A DNA stretch of 64,000 nucleotides from Kudoa neothunni (lineage: Eukaryota > Animalia > Cnidaria), in assembly GCA_964304625.1 (NCBI GenBank), contig OZ199838.1, positions 13,865,002-13,929,001 on the forward strand, written 5' to 3'. The position numbers were made by a program, and so were the translations under genes. The notes below the pieces were generated by a model. That model was not told where the DNA came from. It searched no databases and saw nothing but the letters and a program-made list of their open reading frames with translations. Of the stretch, positions 29,900-44,200 are shown in pieces. Numbering within the stretch: the stretch's first letter is position 1; every line of letters starts with the position of its first letter.

Positions 29900-30075
29900 T
29901 TGTTCTATTTCATAGCAAGATTTTGTATTTAATTGCATTCCATGTCCCTCCAACTGTTGGTATCTCCGCTTGTTACACTCTCTACATATTCTACATCGTG
30001 ATTTACTGTCAGATTGCAATAAAGATTATGGAGATTCTCATATACATTGAAAAAATCACAAATTATTTTTCAGAG
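29900..30075 (-). pseudogene. Merlin/ISXO2-like transposase C-terminal remnant
   Basis: Frameshifted ICDFFNVYENL..LTVNHDVEYV...DTN / GGTWNAIK matches the family pattern SD..xY..L...H.TVNHS..FV....HTN.IEG.W..xK. Confidence 0.55.
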
Positions 30076-30601
30076 AATATGTTTCCCGTATTCCGCGGTT
30101 CAAACAGCTTTAGAAACTCCAACGTAGATTTAAAAATAATTCGATTCACAAGAACGCCCTTGTAAGCTTTTATTTCCACGTTGATTAATGTTTCTCATTT
30201 ACCCCCATAATTAATTAATTAATCAATCAATCCAAATTTGTTTTTGTTTGATGTCACAACTGAAAAAAGATTTCATGTAAAAATATCAAAAAACGAGTCG
30301 ACTAATTTAGAGACCCTGGTTGTAGCTTATGTTGTCACTCTAGATTGTTGGCTATAACGCAGTGGTGCACGAACTTTTGGAGCCTCGAGCGAATCTTAAT
30401 CCTCGAAAATTTCCCGGGGCCAAAAAATTTAAAACTAAACTTATAGCTCACATTTTGGATAAATTTACGAATCTTGAGACTCAAAAAAATATTCTAAATA
30501 TTCCATAAATAATAAATTAACTAAAGGTTTTAAATTGGAGAACGACTCTTCAAACTGATGAATTAACCCACAACGGGTCCAATGTTTAGATTTTATTTAT
30601 A

Positions 30602-30604
<3 letters not shown>

Positions 30605-30637
<33 letters not shown>
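30605..30637. repeat. (TA)n microsatellite
   Basis: About 16 TA units. Confidence 0.95.
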
Positions 30638-30645
<8 letters not shown>

Positions 30646-30831
30646 TAAATCATTAATAATTAACACTGGTGTAATGGATTTTTGAAATATTAAATATTTA
30701 ATGAATTACAATTGAATTAGTAATTGGCCGAAAAAGCAACGAAAAACTACCGACGTGCGATTTTCCAATAGCAGGTTTGTGTTTGCTGTATACAAAAAAC
30801 GGCTGGTTTAAAGTGAAATAATTGTAAATAA

Positions 30832-32567
30832 TTATGCCTTATGACATTTTATTGAACATTTTATATGCATATAACATTGGCAATTCGTACATAAATGTAT
30901 TATAGTTTTTTTACAAACTATACATCTACGTTTCTTTTTTACAGGATGGGTATTAAGCAAGGGTTTTTTGCACAATGATGACGCTTGGAGTTTGGATAGG
31001 GGCGATGTTCTGGTAAGTTTTTCGTGGTCACTAATGCTACTTAAACATGTTACGATATTTCGAATATGGTTTAACAATTTTATTTTTCCATCATTTGTAT
31101 AGGTAACCAATTTATATGAGTTAACCACAGCCAGGGATAACATATTGGTAAACAGGGGTCAGTATCATTTTTTAGATTTTATATTTACTCTGTAACATGA
31201 AACTGAAGCATCGACGACATCGACTCCTCCCATGTATTTATTATACATATAATATATGTAAGGTTGAGGAACGTTGTCGTATCTTTTTTTAGATTGGAAA
31301 TATCGTCGGATCTGTTGGACAGGTTCGGCATTTAGTGCATTACTCATTAGAACTACAGGTTTTGTGTCTCTCCAATATAGACAATTAATGCCAAATTCTT
31401 TATCCCTAAATGTTTCGAAGAAACCTCTCGATTTTTTTTCCATCACTTTATTTGTTGTAAGCGGGCATTTGGAGGTACGATCGGTTCTCACGGTGCCGGT
31501 TGCTTTGAGGGATCTTTTCTTCAGTTCAACGAACAATTTATAGGATGTGAAAAAATTGTCCATATAAATATGAGCGTTTAGTTTATCCTTAAGATCGTCC
31601 GCAAAATTCAGCACAACACTGCCACCGAGGCCAAAATATTTATCATATTTCGCCGACTTGCCTGTATAAACGTCAAAGCTATACACAAAACCATCCGCAG
31701 AGGCCAACATCCATTGCTTAAAACCAAATCGAATTGGTTTTCCTCTCATAAACATTTTGCATGAGTGGTGACCGGTATACGGAACCATCTGTTCATCAAC
31801 ACAAACGTTATTATGGAAAATACCAAATTTCTTAAAATTTGCGTTCAGTTTTTTTATTATTGGTGTAAGTTTGAAAAGTTTATCTTCAGGATCTAAATTG
31901 GCGTTATCATTCAAATGAATATATGATTTTATAGTCTTGAAGCGTTTATAGGACATGCATTTTCTGATAATATCAGCTCCAGAGTCCATTGCAGATCCCC
32001 AATACATATGCTGCTAGGATAATTTATTATATCCAGACAGTAGCGAAATACCAATGAATGATTTTAGTTCCTTTAACGATAAGTGGAAAGAATGGTCATT
32101 CTTCTGGCGAGCGTACAGATTACATTGTTTAGCAATGTGCATCAATGAACTTTCATCAAAAAATTCATAAAACGCTTCAAGTGAATCGTATTTTTCTTGC
32201 GAAATGTTTGCTGGCAATTCATTTTTGTTTTGTGAAAAAACATTAGTTTCCGCATCGGTTGATAAATTTGATGAAGAATTTTTTCGCGCTTGGCCATGGA
32301 ATTCTCAACAGTCTGACCATCATCTAATGTTGAAAATATCTCAACTTCCCCGCAAACTTGGGGGACATTCCTGATATCAACATTGTCGGAATCTAGGCCG
32401 ACAAAACTTTCTTCTTGGTTCGTTAAAATATCAACTGTTTCAGGAGGTAACGTTACAATCTCGATGCAACTAATTTCATCATTATTATCAATTTTATCAA
32501 CTGCGTCGATCAAATTCCTGTACCTCATCTCTCAGATAACAAATGTAGGATTATTAGGATTTAGCAT
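30832..32567 (-). pseudogene. piggyBac transposase pseudogene
   Basis: CVDEQMVPY, KPIRFGFK, YMDNFFTS, YNKYMGGVD and C-terminal RRCIVC..CTNC..HIKC, split over four ORFs. Confidence 0.93.
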
Positions 32568-32933
32568 GCTGGTTGTTCTTCGTTGCTTTTTCGGCCTCGC
32601 ATTACTTCCGTTATAACTTATCTTAGATAAGTCTGTAATTCTTAAGTTAAATTTATATCATACAACTAAATATAATTTTTCCAAATTTACAAAAATACTC
32701 TTCAAAGAGACTAATATCATAAATTTTTCGTTGCATTATGACCTAAGTACATGGTATGAGCTATTTATTATCATATCTTTACAAATACATTATTAACTAT
32801 AATTATACTGTAGTAATAAATTAGAAATGAATTCAATAATTGATATTAAAAAAATAATAAAATTTAAAAACAATGAAAGTTTTTATGGCGGTTATATGCG
32901 AGAGCCGAAAAAGCAACGAAAACCCGCTATGAG

Positions 32934-34830
32934 TTAGTGTGATGGATGCTGTTGTAATTCATACACAAGTTTAGAAATGTCGGGATCAATATTTGAAGTC
33001 GACAGGCGTAAAATTATTTCTAAATGACTATCCGTTAGCGTTAAGTATTTGTTTATGTATTCACAAACTTCGCGAAAGTTTGAACACTTCCGCTAATCTG
33101 AACGCGGTCCATTTTTAATCTGTGTTTTTCTCTGCACTGCCTGCTTACAAAATACATAACAGTTAGTTGACTGCGTATGTCCCTATTATTTAGTTTCATC
33201 AGTGAAAAAGCTTGTTCACAACAATATGTTCTGTCAAATATGCTTGTATGAATAAGTGTATTTTCTCTAACACTTTGAAATGAATTCGGTAGTGATTTGT
33301 AAAAATCCAGCAAACTATCTTCTCGATAAGCGGCATGCATTTCATCGGATGATTGGAGATCGGTAAGTTCAAGCTGATAGCCTGCTGGCAAACCAGCCAC
33401 TGAAACATCGAACGGATCAGCAAATAGTTTCACGAGCAATCTCGATTGATCCAAGTCTTCAAATTGTAAATTGAAGCAGCGAATCAAAATCTCTATTTTT
33501 CTATATGGTTTTTAGTGTCAATTTCCTTATTGTTAGCTATATGATACTGAAATGTTGGAAAATGTACAAAGCTCCGTAACGCTGCTTGCTGTCTAAAGAG
33601 CTCCAGTTATTTTCTAAATGACCAGATAAGATTTGCGAGATGACACACCAACTGATTTTTCCCAGCAACTTTAAATTTAAATCATTTAAATGTTGGGTTA
33701 TATCAAAAAGAAAAGCTTAATCAGGTTGGATCAGTCATGGAAACGATTTCTTCATCCTTGTTGTGTATTTTGAGGCATGGAACGATCTCTTCAATTATGT
33801 CCCAGAATCTCTTAAGCATTTTCCCTCGACTTAACCTACGTACCTCGCAATAATAATCAAGGTCGCCATAATCAGAATTCGTTTCTTCAAGAAGGTTTTG
33901 AAATTAACGATGGTTAAGTTTTCGTGATTTTGTGAAGTTAATTGCTTTAATCACTTAAGTCATTAATGACTGGAAACCGAGCTTTTTACTGAAAAAGTTT
34001 TGCTGGTGAATAATGCGATGAAACTTCAGAAACTGCTTACATTGGTTTCCTCGATGTTTCATTAAAAACGCTAAAAGTCCATTGGTCTCGCTTATCATGG
34101 TTGGTGCACCATATGTTTTTACGCTTACGAGTTGCGAAAAATTCAATGAAACACCGTCACACAATTGCAACATTTCTTCAAAAACATTTTTCGCAGTAGT
34201 TCTACCCTTCATGGAGCCCATTCCAATAAGCTCCTCAGTAATCTCAAACGACTTTGAAACACCACGAACAAAAACAAGCAATTGTGCAGTTGAACCAATG
34301 TCAGTTGACTCATCTAACGCCAAAGAGAAGTAAGCAAAGTTTTCTACTTTACCCATAAGCTGTCTTTTTACTTCAGGCGAAAGGGATGAAATTCTTCGTT
34401 GAACTGTCATAAGATTCAAAGTCACCATTTGAAGCTAACTTCTCAGCCGCATTAATCATGCATTTCCTAACAAAGTCGACATCACTAAAAGCTCTCCAAG
34501 ATTTTGTTATCAACAGCGATATATTATGGCTGACCTCATATACTATCGTATGTCTGCTGACTGCTTGATAAATTTTGCTTGTCGTCGAATAAGGGGCTCC
34601 ACCGACTGTTTAATTCTAGCGCTTCTTTTCTCGCCAACAAAGTTTTCAAAGTCTTTATGGACGACCTCATAATGTCTTTTGATATTTGATAACTTTACTA
34701 CATCCACTGAGGAATGACATACCAAACAAATAGTATTCGTCCCCCGTTGAATAAAACAGTATTTTTCTGTCCAGGCGTCATTAAATTTTCTATTCTCATC
34801 ATCAACTTTTCTTTTTCGAATTTTATTCAT
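32934..34830 (-). pseudogene. hAT transposase pseudogene
   Basis: BED finger ICLVC..NIKRHYEVVH, FSLALDESTDI, CEQAFSLMK..RSQLT continuing after the LTR as LTDSHLE...DPDISKLV..QQHPSH*; stops and frameshifts. Confidence 0.92.
33039..33161. mobile_element. Short solo LTR (123 bp) inserted in the hAT transposase
   Basis: CGTTAAG...CATAACA termini, perfect 5-bp TSD GTTAG (33034-33038 / 33162-33166); removing it rejoins the hAT C-terminus. Confidence 0.75.
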
Positions 34831-36833
34831 TTTAGTCTAGCAATAAAAGAAAAAAACTAAATTAAATATGAGGTATAACTTGGATGAGAAAAATAGTTGT
34901 GTGCGTATGTGTGAAGTCCAGTTTGAATTGCCCTGTAATATGTGCTTATTATCAGCTCTAACAGGTGTTTTTCTTTTATATCAAAGTCTATTTATTTTGC
35001 TTATAAAAACTTTTCGAAAACTGATTTTTACTCACAATATAAAATACTATATTATTTCGCATCGTTTATAAAACGTACTTTAATTGTTAATCTTATTCAA
35101 CTGAACATAAACTTGGGGTCAGCATGATCAGGTGAATTTTTCAATCACATTTCAGCCCTGTACCTATATGATTCTCTTCTCCTTCACACACACTCGAGAA
35201 GAAATAGTTAAAATTGGTACTGAACTTAGAATTAAAAAATTTTCTATATCACGTGGTGAAGTGGTTAATAGCAATAAATTTTTTTGCCTATTTAGAGAAT
35301 TTTTTTGACTTTTCGTTCTTAAAGATTCGCATGTAATAAAAAACTCCAGTCAATGTTTTTAGTAGCTTTATTAGGTGTTCTCGACAGATTCAATATCTAG
35401 ATAAACCAATTAAAGGTAAATAATCTAATACTTTTTTCATTTTATTTAAAGTATACCATTAATCTGAACTTAATTAGAGTTAATCGCTGCCCGGTGTTTG
35501 TGTACCCCTGCTACAACGCAACACAACCAATCTAGTACATCAGTAATAGATACCGTCGCTATTTTCTAGTTAATAATTAATATTCGTTAGCACATCATTA
35601 TGCGTCACATAGATTAATTATATTCCCTTTTCCGGTTTTCGTTGTTCTAGACATTGATTGACCATTTATCTCCATTTTTATGAGTATAAAAATTTTTAGC
35701 AATTTTGTCACCTTTAATAATTAGATTAAGACATAAAATTAAACTTTTGATTTTTTTCATAAATTTCATTGGCTTTGGTATCATCAGTTGACATTAATCC
35801 GCGCTCAAAATCGTACATCATTGAAGATTTACTTTGCCAACTCGCATCGTTCAGTGCCGGGAATCTAATTTTGAATTTTTTTCCCTGTTCATTTAACAAA
35901 ATTTCATTTTCAATTTGAGATGTACAAAAATATGTAATTATGAAATAAATTCAATTACTTTTGCAAGAAAAATTGTCAGACTCATTGACCTCGAAAGAGG
36001 GAGAATATAAGTATTATTTATAAAAGACTTATTTATAGTATTATAACCTTCATTACCTCGTTCTTAGAAAATAAATGAGTTTTTAGGAAATTAGCTAAAA
36101 ATATGAATGAAAATTTGGCTAAAATACGAACGAATGCTGAGTGGGATCATATTGGCTTCAAAAACGCTCAGAAGGTTAATGTCTTTTATTTAGTCTGGAA
36201 CCTCCAACAAGAACAAAATGACAAAAGTTCGTCTTATGAAAACTATTGCTTTAGATTTCCACAATTAATAACAGATAGTCTCTAAGTAAAAATTTCGATA
36301 ATTTAACAAAATCATAGTTGTCATGATTAAATTTTGAAATACATAAAGGGTGCTTTATTCAGTTGATTGGCACGGTCTTTAAATTTGATTTTAAGTGTAT
36401 ACGAGATAAACCAAATAATATAAAAACTAATATTTATATCAAATAGGATATTAGATTTAAAAACTTTGTAAATAAAAACCAATTAATAAAATTATCAGCC
36501 TAGTTTGTTTTGTTCGTCGTGACCGATATTGATTGTGGCCACAATTTTGTAATTTCATCGTTAAAACTTCATAAGATAGAAATCTAAAAATATTTCACCT
36601 TACACGTTAGTAACGCTCATTTATTAAATAAACTTTTCAAACAAAGCGAGAAATTATTTTCATTTAACACTATACAAAATTTAAACAGAAACGATATTTC
36701 TGTGTTAACATCAAAATAAAATAAAATTATAACGCCAAAAATGAGTTTATTTTGATGATTAGAACGTAAGTTGACAATAGTCGATCACGCTGGTAGTCAT
36801 TTCACGCAGGCGCGAAATTACCCACGCAGTTTC

Positions 36834-38120
36834 ATGCAGTACAACCAAAAAAATTCTAAATTGACAAAGTCACTGGATGAAATTATTAGAGACCAATCTA
36901 CTCTACCTATAGAAATACACTCCAAAAATATTAAAAATCGTATATCATACCAAAATGAAAATTCTAAACAAGCTTCCAATGCTGGTTGGATTCCAAAAAT
37001 AAACTCTGCAAAACATCATCCAATGCATGATTTAAGCAGCCAGTTATCAAACAGATCTTTTCAATCGAATGAGGGTTGTTCGGCAGACGGGAATGGGACA
37101 ATCGAGACAACTACCTCAGATCTTAGGCATCTCATTTCTAATAGAAGACAACGCACCCCCCGAAGAATAAAATTCTATTCTAACAAATTCCATCCATATC
37201 AAAATAGCTCCAAGGTATTTTCGCAATTTCTTCCGCTACAACCAAATCATTTTTGATATCTAGTTTCACCGCTACGGCATCCACAATGTTCAACCCTTTT
37301 CTATGAACTATGGTAGGCACGATTTTCAATACAACGGAAATCCCAATCAAGCGAACCAAGTTGGCATGGCATCGGTCGCATTAAGTGAGGCGGCCGCTCT
37401 TTTACATGAATCTTTTAACGGCCTTAGTCATTTGGCCAAAGTTATTCTTGAATCAAATGTAAAATTACGTTCAAGTATCACCAACGCAGATAGCCATCAA
37501 TATTCAAGAAATAGATGCAAGTCTCCCACCAATTTTCGTCATCAATATAATAGCGTTGTTCCTAATGATAATAATGACAGCCAGCATCAACGGTTAGATA
37601 ATTCGTTGAACAATTGCCGCAGTTTTTATTCACAACACCCATATTACGTGAACAAGCGGAACATGAATAGATCTAATGATGACAGTGGCGTGTTATCGTC
37701 GCAACCGAAGATCAACAACGAAAATATACCCAACATTTTGAGTAGTACGAATGCAAATATAGCTAGTTCCCCTGTAAAAAGTCTCCAACTACCTCCAACT
37801 ATCAATAGCAATGATGTTTTTGTCAACAAACCTTTAGGATGTACTCAACATGGTTTCGGTATTCTACTTGAACACAGTTCAACGTGCCAAATATCTGTCC
37901 ATGATATTACAGTAAATTGTTAGTTTCGATTTCTTAATTAATATTGTAAATTTAGGATCTTCTTAGCCCAATTGGTGCCATAACTCACATTGAAAAATTG
38001 GATAGATCAACCATGTTGGTATATTTCGAAAAAGAACAGGATGCACATTATGCTGTGTGTCAGTACAATCAAAAATATCTCGACGGATCTCCGTTATCCT
38101 TAGCTCTTATCCAAAAATAA
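36834..38120 (+). CDS. POLDIP3: POLDIP3 (SKAR)/ALYREF-like protein: N-terminal UAP56-binding motif, disordered middle, C-terminal RRM; about 397 aa
   Basis: Exons 36834-37214, 37264-37911, 37956-38120 in frame; LTKSLDEII motif; RRM ISVHDITDLLSPIGAI...VYFEKEQDAHYAVCQYNQKYLDGSPL. Start codon tentative. Confidence 0.65.
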
Positions 38121-38410
38121 CTCAACATATTGTGTATTTATTGATGCTATTATTTTATGGCCCACTATCTGGATTCGTATTCTTGTTAAAATACAAGAAA
38201 TTTTTATGTATTTTCGGACAATTTAACCTTAGAAAGCTCAGTGGGCCCCTTTTGGTCAAAAATTTAATTATTTGCTTATAAAATTATGGGGATATTCTAT
38301 ATAACAAAATTAATGTTACGTAAATTATATCATAAATTTTATGTAATTATATTTACAGGATTCAACAAAAAATTTTCATCCTTTGTATGTTTTTTATCTG
38401 ATTTTTCATA

Positions 38411-39426
38411 TAGTTACAAAAAGGCTTAGTGGGCCCGTTTTTGATACATGTATAAATTGTTGAAATAAAGCGATTTAATTATTTTTTTATAGGTTATTTA
38501 ACTAAAAAGGATAAAAAATATTCTTCATTCTAATTTCAAGAATCCATACACTCAAAATATCCTTGGAGAGCGATTTTTGTAATATTTAGCTATTCATTGA
38601 ATCTTTTAATTCTTTATCGTAAATTAAAATTAATTTGAAAGAAACAAAACTTTAATTTATTTAAAACTTTTTATTCAAATCATAATATACAATATTGATA
38701 ACGAGACCCAAATAGGCACGATGTAATGTTAGTTGTCGAATGTTTAAAAAGGAGATTAAGTTTGGTGCTCAACATTATTAGTTATTATCATAATTTTTCA
38801 AGTAACAACATAGGCTACAACAAATATTTTTACAGAAAAATTCAACATAATAAAAACTACGACGACGTAATATTTATGCAGTAAGGCCATAAAGCTGTTT
38901 CCATGGAATCATGGTCGCTATCCAACAACAGGTTATCATCTTTGTTGGTCCACAACTTCCATATATTATGATCACATTCTTTGAAATACGATTTAACGCT
39001 GAAATATGTTTTGGAATGAAAGGTATCGAAATTAAACGTATTATTCCCAACCATTGCAAATCTCGTGGTGTAAAAAACTTAACTTCCTTTTTAACCAGTC
39101 GACAACTAACATTACACCGTGCCTATTTGGGTCTCGTTATCAATATTGTATATTATGATTTGAATAAAAAGTTTTAAATAAATTAAAGTTTTGTTTCTTT
39201 CAAATTAATTTTAATTTACGATAAAGAATTAAAAGATTCAATGAATAGCTAAATATTACAAAAATTGCTCTCCAAGGATATTTTGAGTGTATGGATTCTT
39301 GAAATTAGAATGAAGAATATTTTTTATCCTTTTTAGTTAAATAACCTATAAAAAAATAATTAAATCGCTTTATTTCAACAATTTATACATGTATCAAAAA
39401 CGGGCCCACTAAGCCTTTTGTAACTA
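38411..39426. repeat. Long inverted repeat: arms ~38411-38763 and ~39077-39426, spacer ~310 bp
   Basis: Outer ~310 bp of the arms differ at only a few positions; the innermost ~35 bp are more diverged. Confidence 0.97.
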
Positions 39427-41264
39427 ATTTTGGTGAACTTGATTGAGTTAATGTTGTTTGATAGTTGGTCATTAAAATTCTTTTAATAATTTGCAGAGCA
39501 ATATAAATAAAAATTAGCAGCTTTAACGACCTCCAAGTGAGCCCAAAACTTGATAAAAGCACCAGATTTAAGCTGGCCCTTAATTTTTGTGGCATCGATT
39601 TAAGGTGTCTTATTATAGGTCTTCACATGTCGAAGGTAACATAATGTCAGAAATCGTCAATTTTCGATGGTTCTTGTTGTTACAAGAATAAACTGTGGAC
39701 AAGAACATTAAATGGAAACTTAAGATCCAATTTCGCGGTAAAATAGATCACACGTATTACTTTAAATATTAAATATCTAATTTTTCGCGCTTTTCAAAAT
39801 CTTTGTGTAAATTTTCCACACATTAACATTCTAATATAATAGATTCTTAGCTATTTATATATCTCTTATTCGTGCTAAAATTTTTGCGAAAATAGAAATT
39901 TAAAAATGTAGTAACATCATCTATGCATAATAATAATAATAATAATAAAACAGAGGTGGTCAAACTTATTGATCCGGAGGTCGCATGGAGATAATATGTC
40001 AAGACAAAGGGCCACAACATTCCAAAATAACCTTTTATACTCACATTAGAATGCAAATAGAACTATAATTTTTTATATTAAATTATTTTCAAATCGATTA
40101 TATGACATCACTTAGAAAAATGTATTTTACGTAATCTAAAGAAAAATGAAAATGATTACTCAAAATACATAAGCCACTGTAACTTAATTAAAAGTTAACA
40201 CAATTAAGCATATATGATGTATTTCTACGAGGAGAGCTAATATAAATTATTGGTAGTGGCTATATCTCGGGTACCTGATAATCCAATCACGCTCAGTCTA
40301 TATCTTAGAGAATATATATGTCTCTAAAACTACTACACATATTTTATTCATATATTTTATATTATCTGATATTTATTTAACTTAATTTTCTGTATGGTAT
40401 GGAAAAAATTGAAGAACAATAATTTTCTATTGTAGTCGAATCTCGCACCTTCAAGCCCACAGTTCACACCCTTAGGGATGCGGGAACCACTGCCATACAG
40501 TGTTTAAACGTTTGGGATATTGAGCGACAGCACATTTGATAGTTTAACGTTACACGATTACAAAATTACCTAGTAAACATTGTCGCACATTCGCACATTG
40601 TTAGAAAATTTAAACGTTATTTCAAAATGTATCTTGAACAATGAAGTAATTAATTGTGAGTGTTCGTGCCAAAACATTGCAATAATACGACGAGAAATTT
40701 AAATTTAATACCTAAAGACGTAATTATTGAATTGGAAAAAGGTTAAGAACTATAATAGATACGATTCGATTTCTTGTTGTACTTTAAAGTAGTGTTTTTC
40801 TCGACCTTAGGTTTTTTGACCGTCCATCCTTGGGGTCTTTTAAACTCCACTGCCAGCCCTAATATAAAGCTTTTCGAATGAAATAAATCATATTCCATGC
40901 ATAAAAATGTTGGAACTCTTCTTTTATCACTCCAACCCGAGAGGATACAATAGGTGCTAAATTACTTCTAAGCAATAATTTAATAATTTATATCAAACAA
41001 TCTAAAAAGGGACTATGCTTTTTTACCAAAATGTTTAAAAATATTTGATAATTAAACTTGAATATTGATGAACTCATGATGGTTAAATTACGAAAAATTT
41101 CTTCTTCAAATTTTCCCAAAACATATGGAAAATTAAGTTAAATAAGTATCAGATAATGCGCAAAATATGAATAAAATATGTGCAGTAGTTTTAGAGATAT
41201 TCATTCCCTGAGATATAGCTACCTCATAAATTATTTATACATTTTTTTACTATTCTTCAATTTA

Positions 41265-44200
41265 TCCATATATAATCCTTTGTCTGTCAATGTGTGTTTG
41301 CAGCAGTACGCATGTGCCACGGAGAAACTCTTTTTAAATACAGTTTTTAGTTTGCATTTGAACAGATGATACCGTTAAAAAGAATATTTCATTTACTTAT
41401 AAGTATAAATATAATCAATATTGGTATCACAAGTAAGGAATTTTCTGGTTGTCAACTCAAAAAGCAGACAAAAAGTGCCTGGATAATATTGATGTTTGTT
41501 TACTTCAGAATGATACTCAATTAAAATGAATTTTCACTCAACTTGTATAAAGAGAATCTGCCGATTATGGTGTATAATGCTTTAAAAATGTTACATATGC
41601 CTGTTTGGAGTAGTTTTAAGACAAATAAAACTATTATCGTCACATTTACAAGAGTTTTTGCATTTCCTTTCAAATTTGAAGCATTATGGATACATTTTAA
41701 GAAAAAAGATTTATGATCATTTTAAATGAAACACATAATTTGAGATTATAGATTGTTGCCATCAATTAATAATTGGGTAGTTCAATAAGCATCCTAAAAA
41801 CGATCTAAGATGTGTGTAGAGTTTTCAAATAATTAAATTTTTGTGATAACTTCTTAATGAAAATTATACTCTATTGGAATTCCTGAGATGTGAAAATTTC
41901 TTTTTATCAAATATATCGATTGAGATTGAAATTATATTCATCTTTTCGATAAGTTTTTACTCATTTCTTTGTTTTCCCAAAATTTCTTGAAAAACAGCTA
42001 GCATAACTAATTCGACAAGTTTCTATATTTGATGAGATAATTTTTTAAATACTGTTTAAGTTCTTAGTAACCTAATTATTCCTTATCCCCGGACCTTAAG
42101 GTTAATATTCAAATCAATATATAATTTTCTTTTCGCTAAAAACAGTTCATTATATACGATATAAAAGCTGCATGAAAATATGCGTCACCGCACTCTATAC
42201 GTAATTTAAGAATTTATATTCTCGATTACTTTTGCACAAAATACAGTCCCCTCTCACTATGTGCCATGTAAATTAATAAGAAATTATTGGTCTATTAGAT
42301 CTAACCGATATTTTCACTTAGTTTTCGTTAATCTAAGAATCGTTCAATAAAAAGAAATTTTTTAGGGCAATCAAACAGTACGTTTATTTTTAAAAGGATG
42401 CACTCCTTCGAGAAAACCAGTTGATATTCAAGAATTAGTGGAATTTTCCAAACCAAAAACATCTTTACATTTTAGATTTAATCGTATTTTGATATTAAAT
42501 TTGCATACTTTGGAATCATTATGTATTTTTGTTAAAATAATGAATACGTAAGTTACCACTCACCGATTTTTAAAATATCATTGGCATCATTATAAAATTG
42601 CAAAGAAGGAGCAACAATTAATATTTATATTTCGTAGGCATCTTAGATTGATATTATTTTTTTTATCGTTTGTAGACTAATCGTAAATTTTATCACTAGA
42701 AGGATTAATTTTTATCGCAAAATTTTGAAAAGAACTTAAAGTCCTACAGTGGTTGACGGATTCTACGTAGTACCGATTTTACGCACTTTTATGTAGACAT
42801 CCATTTGTGTAAAAATTATACAAACCAAATGATAGATAGTTTATTCATTAATATTTCTTCGAACTCTTATTTAAAAAAATTTTTTTGGATTAATAGAAAA
42901 ATCAAATAAAAGAGTAATCATTTTATTAGGTGTTTCCATGACTGGTGAAAAGCTTGGTCCACTTGTAATAGGGCATTTTTGTAAACCTCGATGTTTTAGA
43001 AATGTGCCTAATTTGCCAGTCGCTTACGAACATTCAAAAAAAGCTTGGATGAATGGAGCCATCTTTAGGAGATATATGTTAAAATTGAATAATTTTTCAG
43101 GAGTGAAGACAAAAAAGTACTCTTATTCGTTGACAATGCAAGTTGCCTTATTCATTCCGACATAAGTAATATCACTATCGAGTATCTACCCAAGAATAGT
43201 ACGAGTGTGTTGCAGCCCCTTGATCAAGGGATTATTCGTTCCTTTAAGGTTTCGTACATTTCAAACTTGATACAAAGGAATATTGCGTATGTTGAAGCCG
43301 AAATGACTCCTAACCCTCCAGACCTTCTAGATGCTCTGATGATGATAAAAAAGGCTTGGCATGATGTTAATCAACGGACTGTCATTAATTGTTTTGAAAA
43401 AGCTGGTTTTATCAAACAAGATACAAATATTTTAAATGAAGTCAACATCACTCAAACAAATGAATGGGTAAAGCCTGATTGTCTTTGGAAATCGACTAAA
43501 TAATGAATGAGGAAGATCAGGAACAAACTAAAGCTGATTTCGAACAATATTCTGACGAACTGGATAATAAATCAGATGAGGAGTTCCAACTCGAAGTCGA
43601 AGACAGTGTCACTTCAAAATGCTCACTAGAGTGTATAAATAAATTGAAAACCTATTTTAGAAATAATAGACTTGAACATTATGGACTTCTTTTGAATATT
43701 GAAGAAAATGTTGTTGGAAACATAAATAAAAATTTAATTCTAACTAAAATAACAAACTTCTTCCCCAAAACATCGGATAAATCGTAGTATAATTTTTTTA
43801 TTTTGTGTATTCTTGGAGATAATAAATGTGGTTTAAATGAGTATTTTCGAAAGTATATTTAAAGAGTGAGGCCAATTAAATTATTACAATTTCGTCGCGA
43901 ATATTCGAATGATTTCCGCCCACACTCAGTAATATTTGGAATTTTTAAATTAGGTCTTCATGAGATAGTTACGATAATGCATTGAAATGCACAGAATTTA
44001 TGTATAAGCATAGAAAAAAAAAAATCAAATATATGAATGAAAATAAATGCACGCATGCGCACAAACATACGTAAAATCCGTCAATCACTGTATTTAAGTT
44101 GCTTAGGGATTTTGTTTAATAAATGAATGAACTTTAATCGTTAATTACATCGCCCATAAAATTTAGGTGATTTTATTTTTGATCAATAATTTGTAAAATA

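Larger units (their letters stand above)
30567..32933 (-). mobile_element. piggyBac transposon (PGBD2/3-like clade), about 2.37 kb
   Basis: TTAA-CCCACAACGGGT at 30567 and ACCCGCTATGAG-TTAG at 32933 (9/12 TIR match); subterminal repeat GCCGAAAAAGCAACGAA at ~30727 (+), ~32579 (-), ~32906 (+). Confidence 0.85.
30360..35510 (-). mobile_element. hAT (SPIN/Buster, GTF2IRD2-like) transposon carrying a nested piggyBac and a solo LTR
   Basis: TIRs CAGTGGTGCACGAAC / GTTTGTGTACCCCTG; 8-bp TSD CTATAACG / CTACAACG. Confidence 0.9.

Noticed and set aside
30726-32922. Repeated GCCGAAAAAGCAACGAA as a CRISPR-like array or separate element
   Set aside because: Three irregular copies in mixed orientation are explained as piggyBac subterminal repeats.
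36103-36285. Upstream coding exon of the POLDIP3-like gene
   Set aside because: Could not be spliced convincingly to the 36.8-kb exon; status unknown.
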